From Gammaproteobacteria bacterium (GTDB taxonomy: Bacteria; Pseudomonadota; Gammaproteobacteria; UBA1113), in NCBI GenBank assembly GCA_020051155.1, contig JAGVJK010000005.1:3312-67311 (forward strand): 64,000 bases of DNA. The letters are read 5' to 3'. Made by a program: the position numbers and the translations under genes. Below the pieces are notes generated by a model. It ran no database searches. It was not told the DNA's origin and saw only the letters and a list, made by a program, of their open reading frames with translations. Below, in pieces: positions 1 to 9,440 of this stretch; position 1 is the first letter of the stretch; every line of letters starts with the position of its first letter.

Positions 1-103
1 TCCTATGGCCGTTGATTTAAGTGGATTATCGATTACTGATCCTTGCTTAGGCTGGGAACAAACAGAAGAATTTTTATTGCGCTTAGCAGGTGAACGTTCA
101 TGA
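1..103 (+). CDS. DAHP synthase (class I, AroG/F/H-like), 3' end only; the gene starts upstream of the window
   Basis: Frame-2 translation is PMAVDLSGLSITDPCLGWEQTEEFLLRLAGERS*. It resembles the conserved C-terminus of E. coli AroG (..SITDACIGWEDTDALLRQLA..) as I remember it. Its TGA overlaps the next start codon (ATGA at 100-103). Confidence 0.5.
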   Translation, partial: PMAVDLSGLSITDPCLGWEQTEEFLLRLAGERS

Positions 104-675
104 TAACCTTTGGTATAGCGGGTGACCAAGGTTCTTTTTCTGAGGAAGCTGCATTAAAATATGCGCAAAAAGCAGGATTTAATCCATCTTTAGTTTATTT
201 AATTGATATGGAAGGCGTATTAGCAGCGCTTGAGCGTGGTGACGTGCAGCAAGGAATTTTTCCCGTAGTCAATCTCATTGGTGGTTTAGTTAAACCCGCA
301 TTTAAAGCGATGGGCAAGCATTTATTCACACCGGTAGATGAGCTCTGGTTGGAGATCCAACAATGTTTGTTAGTGCAGCCTGGTATGAGGCTTCAGCAAA
401 TAAAAAATATTGTTTCTCATCCCCAGGGTTTATTACAATGTGAAAATTATTTAAAGAAAACATTTAAATCAGTGGATAAACTTCAGTGGATTGACACAGC
501 GAAAGCAGCGAGAGATTTAGCTGCGGGACATCTACCACCTTTTTCAGCGGTCATTGCTCCCGAGCATTCAGCGCAAGTCTATGGATTAGAGGTATTAGAA
601 AAAAATATTCAAGACAAAACACCTAACTTAACGGCGTTTATTATTGCAAAACAATACGAAGCAGGAGAGCCCTAA
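100..675 (+). CDS. pheA: Prephenate dehydratase, catalytic PDT domain only (no ACT regulatory domain)
   Basis: 191-aa ORF with PDT-type motifs (IAGDQGSFSEEAA, VSHPQGLLQCENYL). The near-C-terminal N-x-T-x-F motif reads NLTAF instead of the usual TRF. The ORF ends where an ACT domain would normally begin. TAATG overlap with the next gene. Confidence 0.75.
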   Translation: MITFGIAGDQGSFSEEAALKYAQKAGFNPSLVYLIDMEGVLAALERGDVQQGIFPVVNLIGGLVKPAFKAMGKHLFTPVDELWLEIQQCLLVQPGMRLQQIKNIVSHPQGLLQCENYLKKTFKSVDKLQWIDTAKAARDLAAGHLPPFSAVIAPEHSAQVYGLEVLEKNIQDKTPNLTAFIIAKQYEAGEP

Positions 676-938
676 TGGCAAGTATCGAAAGCTTAAGAAA
701 AAAGATTCAACGAATCGATGCGGGTATCATTAAAAGAATAGCGAAACGGCAAGCGCTTGCAAAAAAAATTGGACAATTAAAAGCGCAAGAAGGAAAAGAT
801 ATTGTTGATCTATCTCAAGAGGAAAAATTATTTAAGTTTTATGAACTCTTATGTGCAAAGCACGGATTGCAATCTTCCTTTATTAAACAATTGTTTCAAA
901 GCATCATTGCTTATTGTAGAAAGATACAAAAATTTTAA
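675..938 (+). CDS. Chorismate mutase, AroQ-type, stand-alone (87 aa)
   Basis: The N-terminal helix LRKKIQRIDAGIIKRIAKRQALAKKIGQLK is typical of AroQ chorismate mutases. Size fits a single AroQ domain. Translationally coupled to the PDT gene. Confidence 0.7.
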   Translation: MASIESLRKKIQRIDAGIIKRIAKRQALAKKIGQLKAQEGKDIVDLSQEEKLFKFYELLCAKHGLQSSFIKQLFQSIIAYCRKIQKF

Positions 939-994
939 GCGAAGTCACAAGGCGTTCAATTTAGTATTGATTTTCTTTGCTTCTCTAGCGTAGA

Positions 995-3900
995 ATGACT
1001 CCCTTTAAAAAAGTTAATAAAAACAGGGAACCAAGTATGTCTGCCTCACGATTACTGTCTCTTTTATCGGGTTTTCGAACTGTAAATAGATTAAAAAATA
1101 CACCTGACGCGTCTTTAATCTCAAATAATTTGGCAAGAGTACCATTTGTTACAGAAGCTTTTTCATCTTACTCAACAGATGCAGATAGATCTGGATTAAC
1201 TTATTTAAGCCGCCCTCATAGTGATTGTGGTGTTGGTGTTTTTGTCAATTTAACAAGAGAGTCTACAACAAATTTAGTACAAGATGCGTTAAACTATTTA
1301 GCAGGAATAAAACACAGAGGTGCAGAAGGTGCGGGCAACACAAAAGATGGTAGTGGCATTTTGCTTTATGGCGGGCTTGATCATTTTGTAAGAAAAGAAT
1401 TTCGTGAAATTCCAGAGCAATATGCTTTATTACACGTCGCGCTTCCCAAAAATCCAGAGGCACGTCAAAGAACAGAAGAATTACTCGAACAAGAAGCGAA
1501 ATTAGCAGGCTTATCATGGGGCGAAAGTCGTGCGGTGCCTGTGCGTTCAGAACACTTAAGTCTGATCGCAAAAAATCATGAAATGGATTATATGCAACGA
1601 TTAATGCCAATGCCGGAATCCCTAAAACCTAGAGTGTTTGATCAACAATTAATAAAACTTCAATTACGTTTTGAGCAGCAAGTGCATCAGCGCAAGCAGC
1701 AAGAAAGATCTCATATTTTAAGCTTAAGTCGATCTCATATTGTTTTTAAAGGGATGATTGATGAAGAAAAGCTATCCAGTTATTTTCCAGATTTAAATCA
1801 GCCACACTGTTCAGCCATGGCAGCAATTATCCATTCTAGATTCGCTACCAATGCATTACCAGAATTATATAAAGTTCATCCTTTTTCTAATATTGCGATG
1901 AATGGTGAAAATAATTCAAATCGATTATTAGTAAATTATTTGATGCACAATCTCAATGTGAAAAAAATGTTAGGATTAGAACAACTTGATTTCACCGGTT
2001 ATAGTGATACCGCAGTACTATCCTTTATGATGTCTTATTTACAATTATTGGGTGTGCCAGCTAAGACCATCTTAGGTTTTGGTTTTCAAAAATATTATGC
2101 TCCAACAAAAACTGCAACAGAAAAATATTATAATATACTAGGAAGAATTCCCAATGAAGGTCCTAACCATAGCGCCATACTCTTAGGCGAAGAACTGTTT
2201 ATTGTACGTGATCCACTTTCCTTGCGTCCTCAACGTGGCGTAGTAAAAAACAATAATGAATATTTCTTTTCTGGGTCAGAGTTGCCGAACTGGAATAACT
2301 TATCAGAATATACGGAGTTTAGTTTACCTGCAGCAACGCCTTTATTGATAGATCTGAAGACTGGAAATGTTGATTTGATGAGTTTAGATGAATCAGTTAA
2401 ACAGTTGCACGAACAACAAATCGCACAGTTGATACGTTTAAATGTCATGTCTCAAGATACGCCACCGCCCATTTTTTTCTCTTTCGAAGAGTTGCAACAT
2501 CGTAAGTATCAAGCAGGATGGACGCAAGAGTTTAATAAAGCTATCATGCAACCCTTATTACAAGATGGTCAAAACAATCGGAGCTCAATGGCCGATCAAT
2601 CTCCCATAGAAATGATGGTTTCTCATGAAAGATTAGACATCTATCATTTTTTTAAAGCGCGATTTGCACAGGTAACTAACCCGGCAGTTGCACGCTATGA
2701 AGAGCAAAGCTATTTATCAACGGAAGTGTTTATTGGTCGTAAACCTTCTTTGTTAACGTTAGACCAAGCATTGTTTGAAACACCAGGAATTTTATTACAA
2801 GTGCCAGTGGTTGACTCACTAGAAAGATTGCAACTGCAGCAACTATTACCCACGGTAGTGTTAGATATCACTTATGAAGTGGCGAGTTTAGAACAAGCGC
2901 TGTTAGTTAAATTGGCTGAGTTACGCCAAGCAGCTATCGATGCAGTTAAAGCCGGAGCGGCATTGTTAATATTAAGTGACCTTGTCGTCCAAGAGAGGCA
3001 TTTTGGTTTGCCCGGAGTATTGGCAGTGAGCGTGGTGAATCAAGCATTGCGAGAGGCTGGTTTGAGGGATGATGTTTCTCTATTATTAGAAAGCGCCGAT
3101 GTTTTGTCACCTAGAGAAATAGCGTTGGCTATTAGTGTTGGTGGCGCAGAAGCCGTTTATCCTTTTTTAGTCTACCACAAAGATCCAGTATTGGATGTTG
3201 ATGCTCGCACCTATCATGGGAGACGAGATAGTTATAAGCAGCAAGTAAAGAAAGAGTTGTTAGCTTATATGGGACGTCAAGGCTTGTTAACGCTCAGTGC
3301 TTATCGTGACCAATGTGGGTTTACAGCGATGGGACTATCACAAGAACTAGCAACTTTATTTGGTGTTGAAAATTTATTTAATCATTATGGTGTAGCGGAT
3401 TTAGCTCGCACATTGCAAGCGCGATATTCTTATCCCGAGCAAATAGGTCTAGGTATTTATCCCGCTAACCCTAGTCATCCAGCACGTCCCTCTACTTGGC
3501 GTCCAGAGGTGACGACAGCAGCACTTAAAGTTCTCCGCATGGAAGATGCCAAAGAGCGCAGAGAGCAATTTAAAGCTTTCGAAAAGATCGCGAACACGAC
3601 GAAAGGACAACCACACCATTATATGTCACGGAAACGTCTAACACATTGGACAGTAGAAAATCCCATGCCCGTATGCGTCATGGGTGGTGGTGCAGCAGGT
3701 TTCTATTGCGTAGAAGCCTTGTTAAAACTAAATCTTCCACTAAAGATTACTGTGGTCGAAGCACGACATGCTAATGTTTTTGGGCTTATTAGTGATGGTG
3801 TCAGTCCTGACCATGGCTATACAAAAAAACAAGCAGAAATTTTTGTTGATACATTAAAAGACCCTAGAGTGCATTATCGAGGAGGGATCGCAATTGATGT

Positions 3901-5287
3901 ACCAGGTGGACGAGTGACCACGGAGCTATTAAAGGAAAGTTTTGCTTGCGTGATTGATGCGCGAGGTGCGCCGGTAGATCGTCGTTTAAACATTACTGGT
4001 GAAGATAATCCACGAGTTTTTGCAGCAAGCCAGGTTTATCGCGCTTATAATGGCGAATTTAAACCTGATGAGCAACCTTGTGTGGTAGATTGGCCCTTTT
4101 CAAAGAGTCGTTCTCGTCGCGGATTTATTATCGGGAGTGGGAATGTCGCCATTGATATTGCCCGTATCTTATTAAGTTCACCAGCAGATCTAGAGTCTAC
4201 AAGAGCAAATCCATTTTTTGTGGAGCAATTACCGGCGAATGGACCAGAAGAAATACATTTGTTTTCACGTAGTAATCCTGCAGAATGCAAAATGAGTTTG
4301 AGAGAGTTGAAGGAGTTACTTGAGCGAGACATCTCTCTAGAAGTAGATTTTGATCCAACAACAGTTCATCGAGAAACACTCACCGATGAACAAGCACAAC
4401 GATATGGTTTTTTTGAAAAGATACGTAATCAACCTATTAAGAAAAACCCTTCAAAGCGATTGTTTTTCCATTTTAATTATCAACCGATTGATATGGTTAC
4501 TCAACACCATGACGAGATCGAAGTAGTTCTTAAAGACACAGTAACACAAACAACTCATAAATTTCATGGCGCATGGTGTGTATCGGCGATTGGTACAGAT
4601 CCGGTGAAGACAATAAAACCGGTGGATGAACGAGTAGGTTGGGTTCGCGGTGAAGGTGGTGTGTTAGCGGATGCAAAAGCGAGTGCAGAACAAGTTGCAC
4701 AAAGGGTAGCGTATAAATTTAGAAAGGGCAGTTATAATAACCTAGTGCTGAAGATACCAGAGCGTAATTGGGAAATGCGAGCCTTGACCAATCAAGAAGT
4801 CTTAAATCTTATCGATTGGCTTAGGGCAGGAAATCCTCTGCGGACCTTGACTGATTTTAACAACGCTAAGACCTTTCAACGCCCTATAGAACATCTAGAA
4901 GAAACTGTGTCTGAGGAAACAAGTATTCCGTCTGTCACAAAAACTACAGCAGTGGCGACACAACCTGGAAAAGTCGGTGTTACATCAAATGAAGAGGAAG
5001 TTTTTTATTTTGATCCAATGCCGGGTAAAACACTCTTGCAAGCAATTCAAGAGCAAACAAACTTGCCAAATAATTTAGTACCGCAGGATCAATGCGGTGG
5101 TAAATGCGTCTGCGGCTCTTGTCGTATGACAGTGGTTTCTAATAAATCCACGTTTTTCAAAATGTCTTCTGACGCTATGAAAGTCTTAAAAGCAGTAGGC
5201 GGAAAAAAAGAAGATGTATTAAGTTGCGTCCTATCATCTCAAGATGCAGCAGGAAGTGTATTTACAGTGCCGAAGCCATCGAAATAA
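995..5287 (+). CDS. Glutamate synthase-like fusion protein: Ntn glutamine amidotransferase + GltB central domain + adrenodoxin-reductase/FprA-like NAD(P)H flavoprotein + 2Fe-2S ferredoxin
   Basis: 1430-aa ORF. GATase-2 motifs: CGVGVFVNL (Cys codon at 1226), HSRFATN, MNGENNS. Central-domain motifs: FAQVTNPAV, ALLILSD, GGAEAVYPFLVY. From about nt 3660 there is a Rossmann flavoprotein module: VCVMGGGAAGFY, GLISDGVSPDH, GFIIGSGNVAIDIARILL. The C-terminus carries C-x5-C-x2-C (CGGKCVCGSC, 5093-5122) plus a later LSC. Confidence 0.8.
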   Translation: MTPFKKVNKNREPSMSASRLLSLLSGFRTVNRLKNTPDASLISNNLARVPFVTEAFSSYSTDADRSGLTYLSRPHSDCGVGVFVNLTRESTTNLVQDALNYLAGIKHRGAEGAGNTKDGSGILLYGGLDHFVRKEFREIPEQYALLHVALPKNPEARQRTEELLEQEAKLAGLSWGESRAVPVRSEHLSLIAKNHEMDYMQRLMPMPESLKPRVFDQQLIKLQLRFEQQVHQRKQQERSHILSLSRSHIVFKGMIDEEKLSSYFPDLNQPHCSAMAAIIHSRFATNALPELYKVHPFSNIAMNGENNSNRLLVNYLMHNLNVKKMLGLEQLDFTGYSDTAVLSFMMSYLQLLGVPAKTILGFGFQKYYAPTKTATEKYYNILGRIPNEGPNHSAILLGEELFIVRDPLSLRPQRGVVKNNNEYFFSGSELPNWNNLSEYTEFSLPAATPLLIDLKTGNVDLMSLDESVKQLHEQQIAQLIRLNVMSQDTPPPIFFSFEELQHRKYQAGWTQEFNKAIMQPLLQDGQNNRSSMADQSPIEMMVSHERLDIYHFFKARFAQVTNPAVARYEEQSYLSTEVFIGRKPSLLTLDQALFETPGILLQVPVVDSLERLQLQQLLPTVVLDITYEVASLEQALLVKLAELRQAAIDAVKAGAALLILSDLVVQERHFGLPGVLAVSVVNQALREAGLRDDVSLLLESADVLSPREIALAISVGGAEAVYPFLVYHKDPVLDVDARTYHGRRDSYKQQVKKELLAYMGRQGLLTLSAYRDQCGFTAMGLSQELATLFGVENLFNHYGVADLARTLQARYSYPEQIGLGIYPANPSHPARPSTWRPEVTTAALKVLRMEDAKERREQFKAFEKIANTTKGQPHHYMSRKRLTHWTVENPMPVCVMGGGAAGFYCVEALLKLNLPLKITVVEARHANVFGLISDGVSPDHGYTKKQAEIFVDTLKDPRVHYRGGIAIDVPGGRVTTELLKESFACVIDARGAPVDRRLNITGEDNPRVFAASQVYRAYNGEFKPDEQPCVVDWPFSKSRSRRGFIIGSGNVAIDIARILLSSPADLESTRANPFFVEQLPANGPEEIHLFSRSNPAECKMSLRELKELLERDISLEVDFDPTTVHRETLTDEQAQRYGFFEKIRNQPIKKNPSKRLFFHFNYQPIDMVTQHHDEIEVVLKDTVTQTTHKFHGAWCVSAIGTDPVKTIKPVDERVGWVRGEGGVLADAKASAEQVAQRVAYKFRKGSYNNLVLKIPERNWEMRALTNQEVLNLIDWLRAGNPLRTLTDFNNAKTFQRPIEHLEETVSEETSIPSVTKTTAVATQPGKVGVTSNEEEVFYFDPMPGKTLLQAIQEQTNLPNNLVPQDQCGGKCVCGSCRMTVVSNKSTFFKMSSDAMKVLKAVGGKKEDVLSCVLSSQDAAGSVFTVPKPSK

Positions 5288-5332
5288 TTTTGATGTGTGT
5301 TGGTGCTAAGTGTTTTTTATAAGGAAAAATAT

Positions 5333-7417
5333 ATGTTTGCTCGTAGTGTTAGTCATGTTTTAAACCTTCCGTTATTTAAACGAAATTTTTTAGGAACGAG
5401 CTCTGTCATGCGAGTGACAGCAGAGGATATTGAGATCCCACTTTATAATCGTCAGCTTGCTGATCAACACGCAGGTCAAATTCAAAAAATGGTGGAGCCC
5501 TTGACCCCTTTGCAAAAATCGGTGTTGAGTTCTTTTCGAGTAGGTGGTATTTCTCACGGCGCAATTAATTTGCGTGCTCATCTTGAAACTGCACGAGCGA
5601 TGAATTTAGTGCGGTCAGCTTTGGGGGTTGATGCGAATGGGCCTTATAGTAATTCAGGTGAAGGCGGAGAAATTCCTCAACGCAGAGGTACCGTGTGGCA
5701 AAGCGCAATTCTGCAAAGAGCTTCTGCAGGGTTTGGTAATGATATTGATTATTTTGCTCATGCGAAGGTGATAGAAATTAAAATAGGGCAAGGAGCAAAG
5801 CCAGGTGATGGTGGTGAAATGCCAAAGGATAAAGTCACGGCAGAAATTGCCGCTTCTCGTCATACGCCAGCTGGAATTTCTTTGGTATCTCCACCACCCC
5901 ATGCGGATCTTTATTCTATCGAAGATTTAAAACAATTAATTCATGATTTGCGTAGCTGTAATCCAAAGGCAGATATTTGCGTAAAATTAGTGGGGAAGCC
6001 AGGTATTGGTGCCATTGCCGCGGGTGTTGTGAAGGCGGGAGCTAATATCATTAATATAGCGGGTCCGGGTGGCACGGGGGCTGCGACATATTCAGCACTT
6101 CATGATTTAACATATCCTTGGGCTGTCGCACTCAGTGAGGTGCATCAAACCTTGACGAAAGAAGGATTACGCCAGGGCGTGAAATTGCAAGTTAGTGGCG
6201 GCTTGCAAACTGCAGAAGATATTATAAAGGCCATATTATTAGGGACTGACTTTTTAGAGTTTGGAACAGCGATACTCATTGCGCAAGGATGTGTAATGGC
6301 GCGTTCTTGTCATAACAATGATTGTCCTACCGGTATTGCTACCAACAACCCAAAATTGATAGAAGAAAAATTTAAAGGGTCTGCTGAAGATATCGCACGC
6401 TGGGTAACTGAATTAGCCATTTCAACAGCGGTGATATTAGAACAGTATGGATTTAAATCGCCTCAAGAGGCGGTAGGGCGTACGGATTTATTAATGTTAG
6501 ATAAAGACGCAGCAGATGGTTTTGAACAGTTATTGCATCGTCCTAAAAATCCTTATTTCGCATTTTCCCTACCGCGAGGCGAAGGCGGAAGTGATATTGA
6601 ACGAGCGACTATTGTAAGAATCGCAGAAGGCGAGCGAACATTGTCCGTTCCCGTGGATCCGAGAGTTTTATCCTTCGGTGCGTTGTTATCTTACTATGCA
6701 GCAATGAAAGAGAACCCAGATTTTTCTCGCGTTATTTCCGCGGAAGAGAGTCCAGTGACTTTATGCTTAAATGGAACACCGGGACAGAGTTTAGGTTTTG
6801 CTTTGCATAAAGCTTTTTTATTATTGGTAGAACGCGCTCATGATGGTACGGGAAAATCCTTAAGTGGAGGCCATATCATGGTTAATGGTAATGTGGGCAA
6901 CACCACTGGTTTCGCTGCAACGAAGGGGTTCATTGCGGCTCGATATTCAGCTGATCGGACGTTTATTCGCGCTAGTGGTGTAAAAGGGGTATTTGAAAGT
7001 ATTGGTGATTTTGGCGCGAATTTTATGACGGACGGCACGTTGATTATTTTAGGCAGGCCAGAAGATTATCATTTGACGATTCCCTCTTATCGAGTTCCTA
7101 CTTTATATCGGCCTACCGTAGGGAAAAATTTCGGTGCCGGTTTTCAAGCAGGTACCGTGGTGATGCCAAAAGCACTTTATGCAACGTGTTTAAAAACACA
7201 TGCTTTTGCGCCAGATTTTCAACAACATGCGCAACAGATACCCATCAGCGAAGAGCTTCAGTGTGAAATAATGACTTATTTGCAACAATTTAATCGGCAT
7301 ATTGATAGTCCGTTAGCGAGGGCAGTAGAACAATTGTTGGAAAACCCGGAGGCGATTCACCATTATTTTTGTGTTTTAACGCGGGAAGTGCCAGCGCCAC
7401 AAATGCGATTGCGTTGA
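5333..7417 (+). CDS. Glutamate synthase-like protein: FMN/3Fe-4S domain + GXGXG beta-helix domain
   Basis: Motifs: GISHGAINLRAH, SNSGEGGE, KIGQGAKPGDGGEMP, SPPPHADLYSIEDL. Cys cluster GCVMARSCHNNDCPTG at 6290-6325. GXGXG-type repeats: GHIMVNGNVGNTTGF, GTLIILG. I prefer the ATG at 5333 (AAGGA 9 nt upstream) over the GTG at 5297 given in the ORF track. Confidence 0.85.
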   Translation: MFARSVSHVLNLPLFKRNFLGTSSVMRVTAEDIEIPLYNRQLADQHAGQIQKMVEPLTPLQKSVLSSFRVGGISHGAINLRAHLETARAMNLVRSALGVDANGPYSNSGEGGEIPQRRGTVWQSAILQRASAGFGNDIDYFAHAKVIEIKIGQGAKPGDGGEMPKDKVTAEIAASRHTPAGISLVSPPPHADLYSIEDLKQLIHDLRSCNPKADICVKLVGKPGIGAIAAGVVKAGANIINIAGPGGTGAATYSALHDLTYPWAVALSEVHQTLTKEGLRQGVKLQVSGGLQTAEDIIKAILLGTDFLEFGTAILIAQGCVMARSCHNNDCPTGIATNNPKLIEEKFKGSAEDIARWVTELAISTAVILEQYGFKSPQEAVGRTDLLMLDKDAADGFEQLLHRPKNPYFAFSLPRGEGGSDIERATIVRIAEGERTLSVPVDPRVLSFGALLSYYAAMKENPDFSRVISAEESPVTLCLNGTPGQSLGFALHKAFLLLVERAHDGTGKSLSGGHIMVNGNVGNTTGFAATKGFIAARYSADRTFIRASGVKGVFESIGDFGANFMTDGTLIILGRPEDYHLTIPSYRVPTLYRPTVGKNFGAGFQAGTVVMPKALYATCLKTHAFAPDFQQHAQQIPISEELQCEIMTYLQQFNRHIDSPLARAVEQLLENPEAIHHYFCVLTREVPAPQMRLR

Positions 7418-7522
7418 GGCACCTGGATATTAGCCCAGGGCTGGTCAAATTTGACACAGATATAAATGCTATGCTACCATGCGCCCCACGAGGCTTCTCT
7501 TAAATCAAAGAGGAATACAATC

Positions 7523-8221
7523 ATGGATATGTCCTTAGCTTCAATAAAAGCTAGAATGAGTCAGCACCCTATTGAGTTTGTGTATGTGAAAGATAAAAAT
7601 TCTCACTATATCGAAGCGAATGATTTCTTTTTATCTTTTAATGGCCTTTCTCACGGGGCTCAAATCCGTGAAAAAACAGATTACGATTTACCTTGCTCTG
7701 AGTTTGCCGATAGATATATCCACGATGATCGGATAGCTATGACAACCGGGGATCTTCGAACCTTTGAACCAACAAGAGGCATTGATGGCCAGGTCGTTTT
7801 ACTGCTAAGCCTCAAGTATCCTTTTCTTGATCCAGATACCCAACAAGAGGGAATCATTGGTTTTTCAAAAATCATTCATGATCGCTCTCTTCACACTTTG
7901 CTACCTGTTCTCAATGCAGCAGAAAAACAACAACTAAAAATCAGTGACGCTCTATTTGGAACGACAGTTAATCAACATACCTTAGCGCCGCTTACTGAAC
8001 GTGAATTGGATGTTTTATATTATCTATTGCATGGCTTAAGTTATAAAAAAATAGCGGAGCAGTTAAATTTATCAGTTAGAACCATAGAAGATTACATTGA
8101 GCATATCAAGTATAAATGCCAGTGTAACAGCAAGTACGCACTTTTTGATTTCGCTATTCATCATGGTTTAATGAGCATTATTCCAAAACACATGCTGCAT
8201 TGTCGTGCTCATGTGGAATAA
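7523..8221 (+). CDS. LuxR-family transcriptional regulator with N-terminal PAS-like sensor domain (paralogue 1)
   Basis: C-terminal LuxR/FixJ HTH (LTERELDVLYYLLHGLSYKKIAEQLNLSVRTIEDYIEHIKYK). The N-terminal region of about 120 aa is PAS-like. The ATG at 7523 has AGAGGA upstream, so I prefer it to the ORF-track start at 7466. Confidence 0.8.
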   Translation: MDMSLASIKARMSQHPIEFVYVKDKNSHYIEANDFFLSFNGLSHGAQIREKTDYDLPCSEFADRYIHDDRIAMTTGDLRTFEPTRGIDGQVVLLLSLKYPFLDPDTQQEGIIGFSKIIHDRSLHTLLPVLNAAEKQQLKISDALFGTTVNQHTLAPLTERELDVLYYLLHGLSYKKIAEQLNLSVRTIEDYIEHIKYKCQCNSKYALFDFAIHHGLMSIIPKHMLHCRAHVE

Positions 8222-8254
8222 CACCGAGCGTTTTCAATTTAGAGGTAATATGTC

Positions 8255-8950
8255 ATGGGTCCTGTAACTATTCGAAACGTGATAGATCATTATCCGGGGC
8301 TGGTTTTCATGAAAGATAAAGAGTCTCGCTTTATTGATGCCAATCAATCTTTTATAAAGAGTGCAGGATTTAAAAACATTGAGCAAATGCGTTCTTTAAC
8401 CGATTATGAAATGCCTTGGTGCAATTTGGCGAAAGAGTATATTAAGGATGATCAAACAGTCATAACAGAGGGTTGTTTGTTGTCAATAGAACCATTTAAA
8501 CATTGTAATGGTCATCACCAAGTTTTGTTTACACAGAAGTCTCGATTTATTGATGAGCAGACACAGAGTGAAGGTATTGTTGGATTTGCTACAGCCATGG
8601 AATGGAATAACATCAAAGCAATGATCCCAATGAACATCGAGAAGGATTTACCAACCTTAAAAATCAGTGATCAGTTATTTGATTTACTGATAGAAAAATT
8701 TTCGCCTCAAGCTTTGACAAAACGAGAGGCGGAAGTATTTTTTTATTTATTGCATGGATTGAGTTATCGACAAATTGCTAATCAATTAAATTTATCAATG
8801 CGAACTGTTGAAGATTATGTAGAAAAAATAAAAGATAAGTTAAGATGTGATAATAAGCAGCAACTTATAGAGATTGCTATTAGTTGTGGTTTAATTAATG
8901 TTATACCTGAGCAAGTGTTTAAAAAAATTGTTACGAAAAAGCTTATTTAA
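8255..8950 (+). CDS. LuxR-family transcriptional regulator with PAS-like domain (paralogue 2, tandem to paralogue 1)
   Basis: Same architecture as paralogue 1 and collinear similarity to it (LTKREAEVFFYLLHGLSYRQIANQLNLSMRTVEDYVEKIKDK). AGAGGT RBS. Confidence 0.8.
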   Translation: MGPVTIRNVIDHYPGLVFMKDKESRFIDANQSFIKSAGFKNIEQMRSLTDYEMPWCNLAKEYIKDDQTVITEGCLLSIEPFKHCNGHHQVLFTQKSRFIDEQTQSEGIVGFATAMEWNNIKAMIPMNIEKDLPTLKISDQLFDLLIEKFSPQALTKREAEVFFYLLHGLSYRQIANQLNLSMRTVEDYVEKIKDKLRCDNKQQLIEIAISCGLINVIPEQVFKKIVTKKLI

Positions 8951-8972
8951 CTGATTTCACAAGGAGCGGCGC

Positions 8973-9252
8973 ATGTGGTATCGCACAAAAGTTTCTGAAT
9001 TATTGGGGATTCAATTTCCTATCATTCAAGCGCCAATGGCTGGCGGTGCTACTACGCCGGAATTAGTTGCCGCAGTTTCTAATGCGGGCGCTTTAGGTTC
9101 TTTAGGTGGTGGTTATTTAGCAGCTGAAGATTTACGTCAAGTTATTAGAAAAACAGAGTATTGATTTGATTGTTGCACAAGGTCTTGAAGCAGGTGGACA
9201 TCGCGGTACATTCATTAGGAGTAGCTGTTTCTCCATTAGAATGCGAGATTAG
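8973..9252 (+). pseudogene. Nitronate monooxygenase (2-nitropropane dioxygenase/FabK-like) remnant
   Basis: The first 60 codons match the family N-terminus ([31 protein letters not shown]), followed by a stop at 9162-9164. The next frame then reads [18 protein letters not shown] (9160 onward), a motif that normally lies about 100 codons further into the protein. This implies an internal deletion, a frameshift and loss of the C-terminal half. Confidence 0.75.
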
Positions 9253-9440
9253 CATCCCATACCGTCTAAATTCCGTAGATAATACGGTGTTGTGATAAAA
9301 CAATCACCTGTATAATACGTATTCATTTGTTGAATTAACATATGAGATGATTATTTTTCTCTATGTTTTTTGAGCAAATATGGGATTACCTAAAGTAAGA
9401 AGGTAATTGACTTTAAAATTAATGATAGAGGTATTAGATT

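Noticed and set aside
7418..7465. Second att-like copy of the tRNA-Thr 3' end at the other edge of accessory block A
   Set aside because: Only a 6-nt match (GGCACC) to the tRNA fragment is present, which is not significant.
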